DNA of 64,000 nucleotides from Eledone cirrhosa (GCA_964016885.1 OZ024741.1:34162001-34226000), one strand, 5' to 3'. Counted from the stretch's first letter, positions 40,201 to 53,553 are shown. Numbers and translations: made by a program. Notes: generated by a model from the letters alone, not told the origin.

Positions 40201-41359
40201 ATAAGAAGAAGATATGTATAGAGTCATAATTATTGACCAAATGTTGAACTCATAAATAGATAACATGAAATAACATAAAATATTTTGTCCAGTACTTTAC
40301 TGAAACAGCCTGTCCAATGCCATGTGTCAGTATGGCTAAAATACTGACCTGCTTCATTGATAACATCTCTTGTACTATGGCATTACTATAGATAAGATGA
40401 TCAGTGGCTTTATAACTTCATACAGTCTATATAATCAAGTAGAGCTGACCATGGAGGAGAGAGGGAGTAAACAACAAAAAATGGGGCTACTAATGACCAG
40501 TGTTGCATACAATTTGTCTGCTCATGGAGAGAGAAGGATGATGGTGGGGAGGGGACAAAAACAAACATAACAAATGGTCTATATTCACACTGTACATTTC
40601 TGCATTTGTACACACACACACACATATTAGAATTTGTTACCCAACACACCAGAGCTAGTGTATGTGTTTGAAAGTTCTGCCAGATCTTTGCCACCACTAC
40701 CAACAACAACAACAACCAAGCTGTATTTCACTAGGCCACCACAGGATACCGTACTGCCATCTCACTGACCAGCCAAACACATCACCTCTCTAGCCATGAC
40801 CACCACCACCCATCATTTTACTGACGTCATTCCTGCTGAGCTAAATGGATGAAGAGACCTTTTGTAAAGATTCTTGTCAGGACTAACTGACACACATGTT
40901 TCTCCCTCTCTCTCTTGTTATATATATATATATATATATACTCACACACACATATATATATACTCACACACACACATATATACTCACACACACTCATATA
41001 TATATACACACACATATGTATATGTATACACACACATATATTTATAGGTTATATACAACATATTATATAATTAGCTATCCCTGACCTCAGACACTGGCTG
41101 TGTATGTCATATATAAAGATTATTGCTCAAAGAAAGTGATACTAGAATTAGATCCTATCTCCTCTGTGAACCCCTTCAGAGGTCTCCCACCCATCACATC
41201 CCTTGTATCTTATACGATAATATAAACCCAACTTTGTTGCACAGTTCTAGATTCTAGCTTCAGTATGGAATGTCTAGGATTTGTGCAATGCTGCTCTATC
41301 TTCTCTTCATCATGTCTGTGTGAGCCACAGACACATACACAACACATGCCCTGCATGGT

Positions 41360-41560
41360 TCTAGAGAAGGCCTTTGATAGGGTTCTTTCTCTGTTCTGTT
41401 TTCTCGTGGTTAGTAAGGAAGCTAGTTGTGGACCATGCAGAATGAGAGTTGACAGTGTGCCCGATGTATATTGTTACTCTTCAGATCAGGCCATGGCGAA
41501 GTTATTTAGGACTGGCACACCATGAGAGCTCCTGTGTGCTGATGATTTGGTCATCATAGC
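41360..41560 (+). pseudogene. Highly degraded RT remnant
   Basis: LEKAFDRV and ELLCADDLVIIA motifs. Confidence 0.6.
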
Positions 41561-41682
41561 TTATTCCTTAGATACATTATGACTTTGCCAGAATTTTACA
41601 ACTTATTGTATTTCCACACTCACCATATGGAGTTTGTCTTGATAGTCAGTAGTATAATTCATTGATTTAATTAAAATCAATC

Positions 41683-41731
<49 letters not shown>

Positions 41732-41764
41732 AATATGAGATGGGAATGTGGTGGTAATCCTCCT

Positions 41765-41935
41765 CATCATCATTTAATGTCCATTTTCCACGTTAGCATG
41801 GGTTAGAAAAGTTGTCCCATTTGAGGCAAATCTGGTTCGATGACTGTGTCTTGCTCATACAGAACTGTTTTTGGTTGGTTTCTATGGCTGGATGCCCTTC
41901 CTAATGCCAACCACATTTACAGTGTGGGCTTGGTG
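41765..41935 (-). mobile_element. RTE 3' UTR-type retroposon (similar copies at 25793-25940 and 29800-29980)
   Basis: CATCAT..TTAATGTCCATTTTCCA..GCATGGGTTAG..GGATGCCCTTCCTAATGCCAACC. Confidence 0.75.
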
Positions 41936-42853
41936 ATTTTTGTCTTGACTCCTATATGACCCCTTCACAGTGTGGGGGCAATATGAGATGTGAATGTTGT
42001 GGTACAGGGTATATTAACAGTATATAGCTGATGTGGTAGTACAGGGTATAGTAGCAATATATATAGTTGATGTTGTGGAAGTGGTACAGGGTATTGAAAC
42101 AATATATAGCTGATGTTGGTGGTATTAGAGGGTATAGTAACAATATATAGCTGATGTTGGTGGTATTAGAGGGTATAGTAACAATATATAGCGGGTGTCG
42201 TGGTACAGGGTATAGTATGTAGTTGATGTGGTGGTACAGGGTATAGTATGTAGCTGATGTTGTGGTACAGGCTATGTAGCTGATGTGGTAGTACAGGGTA
42301 TAGTAACAATAATATAGAAAACAAAGATAAAGTTCCATCATTTTATTTCTCTTAAACTTGTTTCTAAAGTTATACCTGCTCTTACAACCCAGTCCAACCT
42401 GCTTCATGGTCGAGGACTAAACTGGCTCCCTCACCAGACCCAGCAGCACAATAAACAAGAGCTGTTAAAAGGGTGGATGAACTTCTCAGAGTCAATGGCT
42501 ATCCACCCTAATTATGGGATAAATAGCCTCATCAACCCAATACTGGCCAAGCGTGGTGAGTACAGCTACACCCCTGACATGACCAAAACCAAACAGAGTA
42601 GTGAAGGTCAACCAGTGAGATGTTCCTCCAACAAGAGTGAGAAGCCCCTAGATTGAATTGAATATACTGAAATACATAATTGTTATCTAATATTAGGAAA
42701 AAATCACTGGACAGATTTTATGGGTAAAAACCAACTTCTCGAAGACCCAGGGGTAGATGCTGAGCAAGATGGTTGGATACAATGTCTTATAAGTGAAATT
42801 TGCTTGACTGACTCTGTGCAGAATACCAACATTTGTGTGTGTGTGTCTGCTTA

Positions 42854-43178
42854 CTCTCAGGTCCCAAATAATAGAGGGGGGGGGGGGTAAGTGGGGTGTT
42901 GGAAAATCAGTAATTTTTCAAGGTTGTCTCTGTTGATCATTTTAAAAACCAGAATTAGTAGTTTAGTTTACATATTGAGACTCTAACCCATCCTATTTAT
43001 TTTATAACGTATGGGATTTCTTGTAATATATTTTTTAAATAAAATAAAATTTCGCCAGAGATAGATTAGCAAGATTTAATAAGTGGTGGGTGTGGAGGGG
43101 TGTTGGAATAAGAGCAGGGTGGGTGGAAAAACCTGAAAAATTAATTAGCTGGGTGGGGAATTATTCGAGACCCGAGAG
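42854..43178. mobile_element. Non-autonomous DNA transposon with ~20-bp TIRs (probable TA target)
   Basis: TA-CTCTCAGGTCCCAAATAAT ... ATTATTCGAGACCCGAGAG; a second copy is at 52256-52732. Confidence 0.7.
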
Positions 43179-44776
43179 TGTCTTTACAGGGACACTATTT
43201 AAATATAATCAACACTGCTGTGTATCTATGTCCCACAACTTGGTGGTCCAACAGGTGAAGTTCTTTAGGTGAAAATAAGAGTTGGTGTGAGGAAGGGCAC
43301 CACCCAGCCATAGAATACTGCCTCAAAAAAAGTGGCTAACCCCATTACCAACATGGAAAGGTGTGTGAGGTGGGGTGGGAGGATGATGACAATAATGATA
43401 TGTCTTTGTAATATAGAAGGAAATAAGGTTGTCATGTCCTTAAAGTGTGTATGTGGGTGAGTGGGGGTAATAATACTGACAGAACTGTCTAAATTTTGGA
43501 GTTAAACTATTTCATCTCATCTTCCATTACACTCACTCTATCTCTCCTCTCTCTATCTCTCCTCTCCCCCCTCTCTTCTCTCTCTCTCTCCTCTCTCCCC
43601 CCACTCTCTCTTCTCTGTATTCATTAAAGAGGGGTGTTAGTAAAGTGGTTGGGATTGTAATGTCAGGTTATGAAAATGGTATTGCAATGTGTATGCGTTT
43701 GTACAGTGCAGAGGTGAGTGTTGTTGTTGTTGTTGTGGTGGTGGCAGTAGTAGTAGAGGATGTGGTGGTGGTAGTAGAGGTAGTAATAAAGGAGGTGATG
43801 ATGGTAGTAGTGATGGAAGTGATAGTTTAGTTGTTGGTTTTAAAGCAAATTATAATTTTGTCAGCCCACATCACCACCTACACTACCACCACCACCCACA
43901 CTACCACCATCACCCACACCACCGCTACCGTCATCGCCACCATCAACACCATCACCACCACTATCACCACCATCTCCACCACCACCTCACCAACACTACC
44001 ACCACCCACACTACCCCCACCCACACTATCACCTACACCACCACCACCACCACCACCGCACTAGTCCTATCAAAGAACAGGAAACCAAAGAAAGTTTTTT
44101 TTTGTGCGTGTGTGGATTGTAGAGGTGTGTTGTAGTGGGGGGGGGGTAGACAGATTCCCACTGGAGAGGTTTAGGGAAGTCTTTGATCTACTGGTGTATG
44201 TGAAAGTTAAGATGTGTGAATGTAGAAGCTTGTGTATGTATGTGTGAATGTGGAAGGCCGCGTGTGTGTGTCAGTGTATGTATGTGTGTATGACTGGTAG
44301 ACCGTGTGTGTGTGTGTTTAGATGGAAGGCCATGTGTGTGTGTTTGTATGTGTGTGTGAATGTGGAATGTCATGTATGTATGTTGAAGGCCATGTATATG
44401 TATGTGTGTGAATATGGAAGGCCATGTGTGTGTGTGTGTGAATGTGTCCATATACATGGCTTGGAGTTTTATGTTATGCACAAAAACCTTAACATCTACA
44501 TACACACACACCATTGAAAAAAACGCTCTCTCTTCCCCTTTAAATACACACATACATACAGTGAATGCCCAACAAATATAGAAACATTACTCAGGTGTAG
44601 TTAGGGGCCACACTATATATATAAGTGAGATTACGTAGATAAAATAAAGTGCCAGTCAAGTACTGGGGTTGATATAATCGTTTCCCGCCCCACAAATTAA
44701 TTAATTTCAGGACTAAATTAGAAACAATTCCCTATTGAGGAATTCCCTTTGTTTAATTCTTATTTATTAAATGTTT

Positions 44777-44827
<51 letters not shown>

Positions 44828-45073
44828 CACACACACATTCACACTCGCACATTTACACTCACACACACTCACACTCGCATACACACACACACATTCACAT
44901 ACACACACACATTCACATACACACACACATTCACATTCACATATTCACACTCACATACACACTCACACATTCACACTCACACACACCAACTCACACTCAC
45001 TATATTTTCGTCCTGTGCCGTCATATTCTTTTTCTTGATGTTAACCCATGTGAATAAAGAAATCATTATTATT

Positions 45074-45443
45074 TTGGCAGTATCGGTAGATCGTCGGACA
45101 CTGTTTTGCGGCATAGAGTTACGGTCCTTTACGTTTAGAGTTCAAATCCCGCCGAGTTTAGCTTTGCCTTTCATCCTTACAGGGTCGATAAAATAGAGTT
45201 GAGCTGATCATTAGCGAACGCGCATCACTACTCAATAAACGTAATGAAGACATAACAAATGGTCCTTTTATTATAAGGCGGTGGATTGGCAGTATCGGTA
45301 GACGGTCGGATGCCATGCTTTCCAGATCTGAGTTCAAATCCCGCTGAGGTTGACTTTGCCTTTCATCCTTACGGGGTCGATAAATAAAGTACCAGTAATG
45401 CACTGAGTAATTGCTGGCCTTGTGCCAAAAAGTAGAAACAATT
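45074..45443 (+). mobile_element. Two SINE family 1 copies
   Basis: TGGCAGTATCGGTAGA and GAGTTCAAATCCCGC each occur twice. Confidence 0.85.
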
Positions 45444-45989
45444 ATTATAATTACACTCTGCTTAGTTCTAGACCCCTTTACCGACTGGAAACTACGCATC
45501 GAGTGCTAACTCCAGTAACCGATTAGTCTTTTCGTTGTTTCTGGTATTGTGGTTAGGTCTGCCTGCCGCAATTTTCAATTTGTCAAGCTGTCTAAACGTA
45601 TGTTATAACTCTAAGGGCCTACCTTATTGAGTGCTTTGCTACTCGTTCCTAATTGTAGGTCGTTAGTTTGGCCGTAGCCAAAGCTTCGATTTTACTAAGC
45701 TTCCACTTTATATATATATATATATATAAAGTTGCTTTCCTCTGTTTTTCTTATTTCTTCCTTTTTTCTTCTTTCTTTCTTTCCTCCTGTCTTTATTTAT
45801 CTCTTTCTTTTCTCTCCATGCATTTCTCTCTCTCCGATATTTCTCCACGTTTTTTCTTTCTCTCTCTCCGTCTTTTTCTTTCTCTCCGTCTTTTTCTAAT
45901 TGTCCTTAACACTATGACTTATTAAAATAATGTAAACAACTCACTATCCGGATGGCTTCCAAAAATAATGGTTGTATTTTAATAGGGTA

Positions 45990-46245
45990 CGTCAAAGCTT
46001 GTTTGTAAAACTGTTATATATTGTATTTTGTCTGATGAAGGTATAGCGAGAGTAACAACCGCTACAAAGGCATACCATAATTTAATTTGGTATCCCTGAA
46101 ATATGTATAATGAAATAAATATGGTTTTATAAATATAGTTTCCATTTATTAATATTGTATATCTACTCCAAATACTTGTCGAGTGCTTTATATCAGTTAT
46201 AAAAATATTTACTTGTTGTATCCCAACAATTTTAAATACAACTTT

Positions 46246-46248
<3 letters not shown>
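45990..46248 (+). mobile_element. Penelope-like pLTR, family C, with a hammerhead motif at 46024-46117
   Basis: TATTTTGT-CTGATGA-AGG..CCT-GAAA-TATGTA-TA-ATGAAATA; homologous to 47795-48252 and 49580-49755. Confidence 0.65.
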
Positions 46249-46285
<37 letters not shown>

Positions 46286-46290
<5 letters not shown>

Positions 46291-47079
46291 CGGTCCTTCA
46301 TCAGTGATCTTCCAACCATCATCGGTATTTCTTCGCTTTAAAGACCATATACCTCCGGTTGGTGCGAGCAACGGCTAAAGAAAGTCGTTGGGACATGTAA
46401 ATAAAGGGAACAGTGTAACCCATTTGCAACTCCGCAGCACGTTTATTCTCATATTTACACATATTTTTTTCTCCCGCTATGACCCGTCTATTTCGTTCTT
46501 ACTACTTTCTCTTTCTCTGTACCTTCTCTAACAGTCACTCTCTCTGTTAGCCTCTTCCTCACCCTTCACTCACTCACTCTCTGTTACTACCTCTCCTCCT
46601 CCTCCTTCTTCCCGTTTGACCTGTGCGTAATTCTTTTCTTTCGCACGCTTGGCCAGGCCGGTTCACCTTTTTTCTCTCTCTCGTCTACGATTTCACAGAA
46701 CTTATGTTTACCGAATTCACAGACTAGACCCCTTCTTCCTCCCGTTAGACCTGTGCGAAATTCCTTCCTTGCTCACATTTCAACCAGGTTTGATGGTCTT
46801 TATTCTCTCTCGTTCACGATTTCACCGAACTTATATTCATGGAAATTTTTGGACTTGACTCGCTCTTCCTCACTTTTCGTTGCTTCACCATCTTTGTTTG
46901 TTTACACTCTCGTTGTTCCCTTTATTTACATGTCCCAACGACTTTCTTTAGCCGTTGCTCGCACCAACCGGAGGTATATGGTCTTTAAAGCGAAGAAATA
47001 CCTATGATGGTTGGAAGATCACTGATGATGGACCACTTTATTCATATGTAACCCATTTGCAACTCCGCAGCACGTTTAT

Positions 47080-47085
<6 letters not shown>
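46286..47085. mobile_element. Inverted-repeat element, family B (arms 46286-46411 and 46915-47041); another copy at ~21500-21660
   Basis: Arms are near-perfect reverse complements containing CACTGATGA(A/T)GGACC. An internal direct repeat is at 46414-46452 and 47048-47085. Flanked by (TA)n. Confidence 0.65.
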
Positions 47086-47118
<33 letters not shown>

Positions 47119-47122
<4 letters not shown>

Positions 47123-47523
47123 TAAACGGAATAGAAAATGCTGACAAATTGTTCACAGTTGAAAAATGGTTTAATTAGGAATAAAAGAGTATTAGTGATT
47201 GTATGGGTTAGTATTCAGTTGTGTTTTAAGTTTTTAAGTTTTTACCGGTTGCGCATTTCTAAATGCTTTTCAAAAATAATTTTGAGATAGAGTGTCCGTG
47301 CTGTTTGCTCTGATCTGAGCAAACAGATCAGAGCAAACAGCACGGACACTCTATCTCAAAATTATTTTTGAAAAGCATTTAGAAATGCGCAACCGGTAAA
47401 AGCTTAAAAACTTAAAACCACAACTGAATACTAACCCATACAATCACTAATACTCTTTTATTCCTAATTAAACCATTTTTCAACTGTGAACAATTTGTCA
47501 GCATTTTCTATTCCGTTTACCAA
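47119..47523. repeat. ~400-bp near-perfect palindrome
   Basis: ~200-bp arms TTGGTAAACGG..CTGATCTG / CAGATCAG..CCGTTTACCAA with a 6-nt loop and TA on both sides. Confidence 0.95.
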
Positions 47524-47746
47524 TATATAATAACTTGTGTGTTACACCTCTATTCTTTTAACTATATATATATATATATATATATATAAATGAAAATAGA
47601 GAAATTAATGTAAGCAAGAAGCCAACAGTAATTCAGCCATATAAGTGACTATTATATATATATATATATTTATATTTAAAAGTTAAACAAGGTTCAATGA
47701 ATAAATCAAAGAAGGAGTTTTACAATAGATTGGAAGCACTCAACAT

Positions 47747-47794
<48 letters not shown>

Positions 47795-47795
<1 letters not shown>

Positions 47796-48246
47796 GAGGT
47801 TATATTTAATTTGTTGGGATACAACAAGCTTAAAAATATTTTTATAACTGATATAAAGCACTCAACAAATTATTGGAGTAAATATACAATATATTAACAA
47901 ATGGAAACTATATTTATAAAACCATATTTATTTTATTATACATAATTCAAGGGCCACCAAGGCAAATTATGGTGCGCTTTCATCAGATAAAATACAATAC
48001 AGATTAGTTTTATAAATAAATATTGACATACTTAAGACAAAAAAGACAACCTTAACGGTTGGAGCTTCCAGGAAGCTCCAACTGTTAAGGTTGTCTTTTT
48101 TCAGGGTATGTCAATATTTATTTATAAAACTAATCTGTATTGTATTTTATCTGATGAAAGCGCACCATAATTTGCCTTGGTGGCCCTTGAATTATGTATA
48201 ATAAAATAAATATGGTTTTATAAATATAGTTTCCATTTGTTAATAT

Positions 48247-48252
<6 letters not shown>
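47795..48252. mobile_element. Fold-back palindrome of pLTR family C
   Basis: Centre GGAGCTTCC-A-GGAAGCTCC at 48070. Both arms carry the hammerhead-like motif with the same GAAA>GAAT change. Confidence 0.85.
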
Positions 48253-48294
<42 letters not shown>

Positions 48295-48296
<2 letters not shown>

Positions 48297-49499
48297 TCGT
48301 GTAGGTGTCACGACAAAAAGCATCCATCCCACCGTAAGATGGTCGTGTAGGTGTCACGACAAAAAGCATCCATCCCACACCGTCAGATTGTCGTGTAGGT
48401 GTCACGACAAAAAGCATCCATCCCACACCGTAAGATGGTCGTGTAGGTGTCACGACAAAAAGCATCCATCCCACACCGTAAGATGGTCGTGTAGGTGTCA
48501 CGACAAAAAGCATCCATCCCACACCGTCAGATTGTCGTGTAGGTGTCACGACAAAAAGCATCCAGCCTACACTGTAAATTGGTCGTGTAGGTGTCACGTC
48601 AAAAAGCATCCAGCCCACACTGTAAGATGGTCGTGTAGGTGTCACATCAAAAAGCATCCAGCCCACACTGTAAATTGGCGGTGTTGGGTGTCACGATAAA
48701 AACCATCCAGCCCACACTGTAAATTGGTCGTGTAGGTGTCACATCAAAAAGCATCCAGCCCACACTGTAAATTGGTCGTGTAGGTGTCACATCAAAAAGT
48801 ATCCAGCCCACACTGTAAATTGGTCGTGTAGGTGTCACATCAAAAAGCATCCAGCCCACACTGTAAATTGGTCGTGTAGGTGTCACATCAAAAAGCATCC
48901 AGCCCACACTGTAAATTGGCGGTGTTGGGTGTCACGATAAAAAGCATCCAGTCCACACTGTAAATTGGTCGTGTAGGTGTCACATCAAAAAGCATCCAGC
49001 CCACACTGTAACTTGGCGGTGTTGGGTGTCACGATAAAAAGCATCCAGCCCACACTGTAAATTGGTCGTGTAGGTGTCACATCAAAAAGCATCCAGCCCA
49101 CACTGTAAATTGGCGGTGTTGGGTGTCACGATAAAAAGCATCCAGCCCACACTGTAAATTGGCCGTGTAGGTGTCACGTCAAAAAACATCCAGCCCACAC
49201 TGTAAATTGGTCGTGTAGGTGTCACCTCAAAAAGCATCCAGCCCACACTGTAAATTGGTCGTGTAGGTGTCACGACAAAAAGCATCCGGCCCACACTGTA
49301 AGATGGTCGCGTAGGTGTCACGTCAACAAACACTCAGCACACTGTAAATTTGGTTGGCGTTTGGAAGGGTATTGAGCCGTAGAAACCTAGCCAGAAACAG
49401 TTCTATATGAGCAAGGCACGGTCACATCACCAAACTTACTTCTAATGAGACAACCCAACTCAAGCTAGCGTGGAAAATGGGACGTTAAACGACGATGAT
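48295..49499 (+). repeat. 48-bp minisatellite (~22 units) ending in an RTE-type 3' end
   Basis: Unit GGTCGTGTAGGTGTCAC(G)ACAAAAAGCATCCAGCCCACACTGTAAATT matches 10572-10668. Sequence 49350-49499 matches the RTE 3' terminus. Confidence 0.92.
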
Positions 49500-49646
49500 A
49501 ATATATATATAATCGTCATCGTTTAATGTATCCCGGGTTCAATCGGGGTTAACTACAGTAAGTAAGCTACACATTCCCGGGAAGCTCCAACCGTTAAGGT
49601 TGTCTTTTTTTCGGGTATGTCAATATTTATTTATAAAACAAATCTG

Positions 49647-49711
49647 TATTTATCTGATGAAAGCGCACCATAATTTGGCTTGGTCGCCCTTGAAATATAT
49701 ATAATAAAATA
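49647..49711 (+). ncRNA. Type-I hammerhead ribozyme motif with intact core (family C)
   Basis: TTTAT-CTGATGA-AAG..ACCA..TGGT..CTT-GAAA-TATATA-TA-ATAAA; palindromic stem III region. Confidence 0.65.
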
Positions 49712-49945
49712 AATATGGTTTTATAAATATAGTTTCCATTTATTAATATATTGTATATATATATATATTTCTATACGAAGGAATTGTGGTAAGGAACCAG
49801 ATGGACCATAACGCACCAGAGTACTCAATACTTAGGGTAGTAGAGTGGGTAATAGGAAAAGGTATGACCCCGACGGCAGAGCTCAAGCCGTTTCGACAGC
49901 TATTTCTAGACTACAGTCTACCTTTTCCTATATATATATATATAT

Positions 49946-50436
49946 ATTGTTATACTTTGGGAGGGTCATGTTGCCAATAAGAAACACACGCACCAGTTGC
50001 TTTCACTTCAATTTATTATAATAAATTTAGGAATTTATAAATTTCCGGTTGGTTGGTTCCACAACCAGATGGTTGTTTATATATTGTAAAAGTTCTTTCC
50101 TCACACATTCTGTGATCTTGTTTTCAAGAAAACAAGATGGCGTAGGACAGAACAAAGGAGAGGCACAAAAAACAAAGAAAAGAATCCCCAGTCACTGAAG
50201 AGGTCACAGAATGTGTGACGAAAGAACTTTGACAATATATAAACAACTATCTGGTTGTGGAACCAACCAACCAACCGGAAATTTATAAATTCCTAAATTT
50301 ATTATATTAAATTGAAGTGAAAGTCACTGGTGTGTGTGTTTCTTATTGGCAACATGACCCTCCCAAAGTATAACAATATCGGTTTCAACACACGTTTTCA
50401 GATAAAGAATCTTGCTAAACAAATTCAGAAACGAAA
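49946..50436. mobile_element. Inverted pair of Penelope-like pLTR family A, without ORF
   Basis: 49946-50116 is the reverse complement of part of 50130-50436; both match 21714-22626. Confidence 0.85.
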
Positions 50437-50698
50437 TATATATATATATATATACATATATACGCACACACATACACATGTATATATACACAGTCAGTAT
50501 TACTACACTACTACCAGCAGTAGCAACAGAAACACAGTATCCCTCATCCAGTTAGCTTGGTGACAAGTTCCTGAACAGTCTATCTTTTATTCCTAGTATC
50601 TCTTCAGTCTATCCCTTCCCTTCCATGACCATCACTACTAGTGCCATCATTATCATCATCATCATCATCATCATCAATATTACCATTAATACCGAACG

Positions 50699-50843
50699 AT
50701 CTGAGTTCAAATCCCGCCAGAGTTAGCTTTGCCTTTCATCCTTACGGGGTCGATAAAATAAAGTACCAGTAATGCACTGGGTCGATTTATCGACTTTCCC
50801 TTCCTCCCAAATTTCTAGCCTTGTGCTTATAGTAGAAATCATT
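50699..50843 (+). mobile_element. SINE family 1, 5'-truncated
   Basis: B-box and core present. Confidence 0.8.
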
Positions 50844-51736
50844 ATTACTGAACCAACAGCTAGGCAGCCTCAACATACCTGTTAGAAATAGTAGTCAGAT
50901 CTCCCTCCAAATCACACCCTACTAGTTTCAAAGGGTAAGCAGTACATATTGACTTGTGTGGTCTGGTATACAGAAATAGAGGATGGTCGGGACTGGATGA
51001 GGGATGATCTGGAACTAAACAGCATCACTATTACCATTATCCCCACCTCTATTGTCATCACTACCATCATCAACACCACCACCATCATCATCACCACCAC
51101 CACCATCAACACCACCACCATCAACACCACCACCAATATCCCCACCCTATCGTCATCATCACCACCATCACCATCATAACCATCGTCACTACATCTGTCA
51201 CCATCACCATTGTCATCGCCTTCAAAATCACTACTTACTGCGCCACCACCCCCACCATCACCATAACACTGCTATCAGTACCATTATCACATATCTACCA
51301 CCACCACCTCCACCATCATCTTAATTGAAGCAATATAGATGTCTTGGCAAGATTTAATTTCTCTTTCTGACGTCACACTATGACCCCCCCCCCCGCCACT
51401 ACCACCGCATCACTTGCCCCTCATTCCATATATCCCCTCTCCACCTTTCTACCCTCCTTCCAACTACAGTCTCCTGTTCACTTTTCCTTTCTATGTAATA
51501 TCACCCCTCTCTCTTTTTTTCCTATTCTCTCCTCTCTCTTCTCTCAATCTCTCCTTCCGTCACTTCCCTCCCAATACTCTCCCCCTCTCTCTCCGTAGCA
51601 CCCACAATTTCTCTTCCCCTCTCTTCCTCTCTCTGCCCCTCTCTCTTAATGTCGCCACCATCACAGTCTCACTTCTATATGTTCCTTTCTACAGATTCTT
51701 CCTCGTTTTTCCCATGTCCTATATATACATACAAAT

Positions 51737-51781
<45 letters not shown>

Positions 51782-52004
51782 CATACAAATGTACACACAT
51801 ATATACACACACACACAGACATATGTATATATATTCAATAATACCTACACACATCACTACCACCATCACTGTTGAAGAAGCAAAGAGAAAGTGTGAGAAA
51901 GTAGGTAGAAAGTAGGAGAAAAAGTCAGATATGGTTAAATAAAGGAAAAGGTTAAAAAATCTTGATGATTTTCAATATTAAATCTCACTGCGCGCGCGTG
52001 TGTG

Positions 52005-52038
<34 letters not shown>

Positions 52039-52255
52039 TTATCAATACAACTTCATGTAATAGATATAAACCACTCAATACATTATATGTGTGAGTGTGT
52101 CTGTGTATACGTTTGTGTGAATGTGTAATAGACCAAAACATGTTCAAAGTTGTCAATCCGACACACACACACATTTCCATAAAATTAATTTGTGGTTGAA
52201 ATTTCAGTGAGTTACCTCCCTTGTTCATACTCTATTTGGGACAACTTAATATCTA

Positions 52256-52732
52256 CTCTCTGGTCCCAAATAATAGTTGTTTCTACTTTTGGCACAAGGC
52301 CAGCAATTACGCCAGTGTATTACTGGTACTTTATTTTATCGACCCCGTAAGGATGAAAGGTAAAGTTAACCTCGCGGGATTTGAACTCGGACCATAAAGG
52401 GCTGTAATACTTTGCTGCAAAGCATGGGGTTGGAAAATCGGTAATTTTTCTTGGTTGTCTCCGTTGATTTTTATAAAAGACCAGAATCGTTTAGTTTACA
52501 TATTGAGACCCCCAACTTATCTTATTATATAACGTATCGGATTTCTAGTAATGTACTTTTTTTTTTGTTATATATAATGTTTTTTAATGTATAAAGAAAA
52601 TTAATTGTCGCCGGAGATAGATTAGCAATAAAGCAGGGGGTTTGGAATAAGAGCTGCGGGGGTGCGGTGTTGGAAAAAATCTGAAAAAATTAGTAAATGG
52701 GGAGGGGCAAGCGATTGTTCGAGACCCAAGCG
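52256..52732. mobile_element. TIR element (same as 42854-43178) with a minus-strand SINE family 1 insertion at 52277-52425
   Basis: TA-CTCTCTGGTCCCAAATAAT...TTGTTCGAGACCCAAGCG-TA. Confidence 0.7.
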
Positions 52733-53133
52733 TACATGATAATTCTGAGAATAGTAACATAGTACCCGTAAAAAATGATGACGTTTATACTAAAAATTAT
52801 TTAATTTAATAACTCCTTAACCTCCCCTCCCCCATCTTGTCTTTCTAACCATGACTATATTTCATTTTACATACATTTAAATCAATTACAATAATTTTCT
52901 TTAATCCTTATCAAACATATATCCACTAAATTATGATGACTTAGTTCTACCTATGTATTTATCTGCCTGCCTATCTGTTTTTGGACTGCTATTGTGGTGT
53001 TTTGTTAATACTCAAAGATAAATACACTGGTATATATATATACATAAATAGATAACAATAGATTGACAGACAGATAGAGAGGTAGGTAGAGAAATATACA
53101 GATATGTAGGTAGAAAGATGTACAGGTATGTAA

Positions 53134-53553
53134 AAATAATAATAATGAAATTATTGTGTACAGTGCTCAGGTGCACTACAACTCATCAAAGGTGCATGTA
53201 TAGTACATAGAATAATGTACAAATGTCAGGGAAGTGAATAGTGTATGAGTCATGATATACATGTGTGCGTGTGTATGGAGAGGGAATATTAGGTGTAGTG
53301 TTGGCGAATCTCAGGAAGCATGAAGGTTTTAAAGGGTGCAGTGTCTCGACAGCTAACAACTGATCCCGGGAGTTTGTTCCATGCTTCAGCAACTCTGAGC
53401 ATGAAAAAATGTTTCCGAAAGTCATGGGAGCTGTGCTGTTTTCTGACTTTGTTGGCATGCCCCGTGTGTTAGACACATGGAAATCAAAAAGGTACTCAGG
53501 GTTGTTGGCAAGATGGTTAATAACAACCCTTAGTACCTTTTTGATTTCCATGT
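53134..53553 (-). mobile_element. CR1-clade 3' fragment with a short 5' inverted duplication
   Basis: Reverse complement of ~25393-25783. 53476-53506 and 53522-53552 are inverted copies. Confidence 0.88.

Noticed and set aside
47020-47085. Hammerhead in family B (CACTGATGA..)
   Set aside because: No correctly placed GAAA or stem III found in any of the three copies, so it was not called as a ribozyme.
48295-49350. CRISPR-like array of palindromic repeats
   Set aside because: No unique spacers, no cas genes, eukaryotic context, and the unit derives from an RTE 3' UTR.
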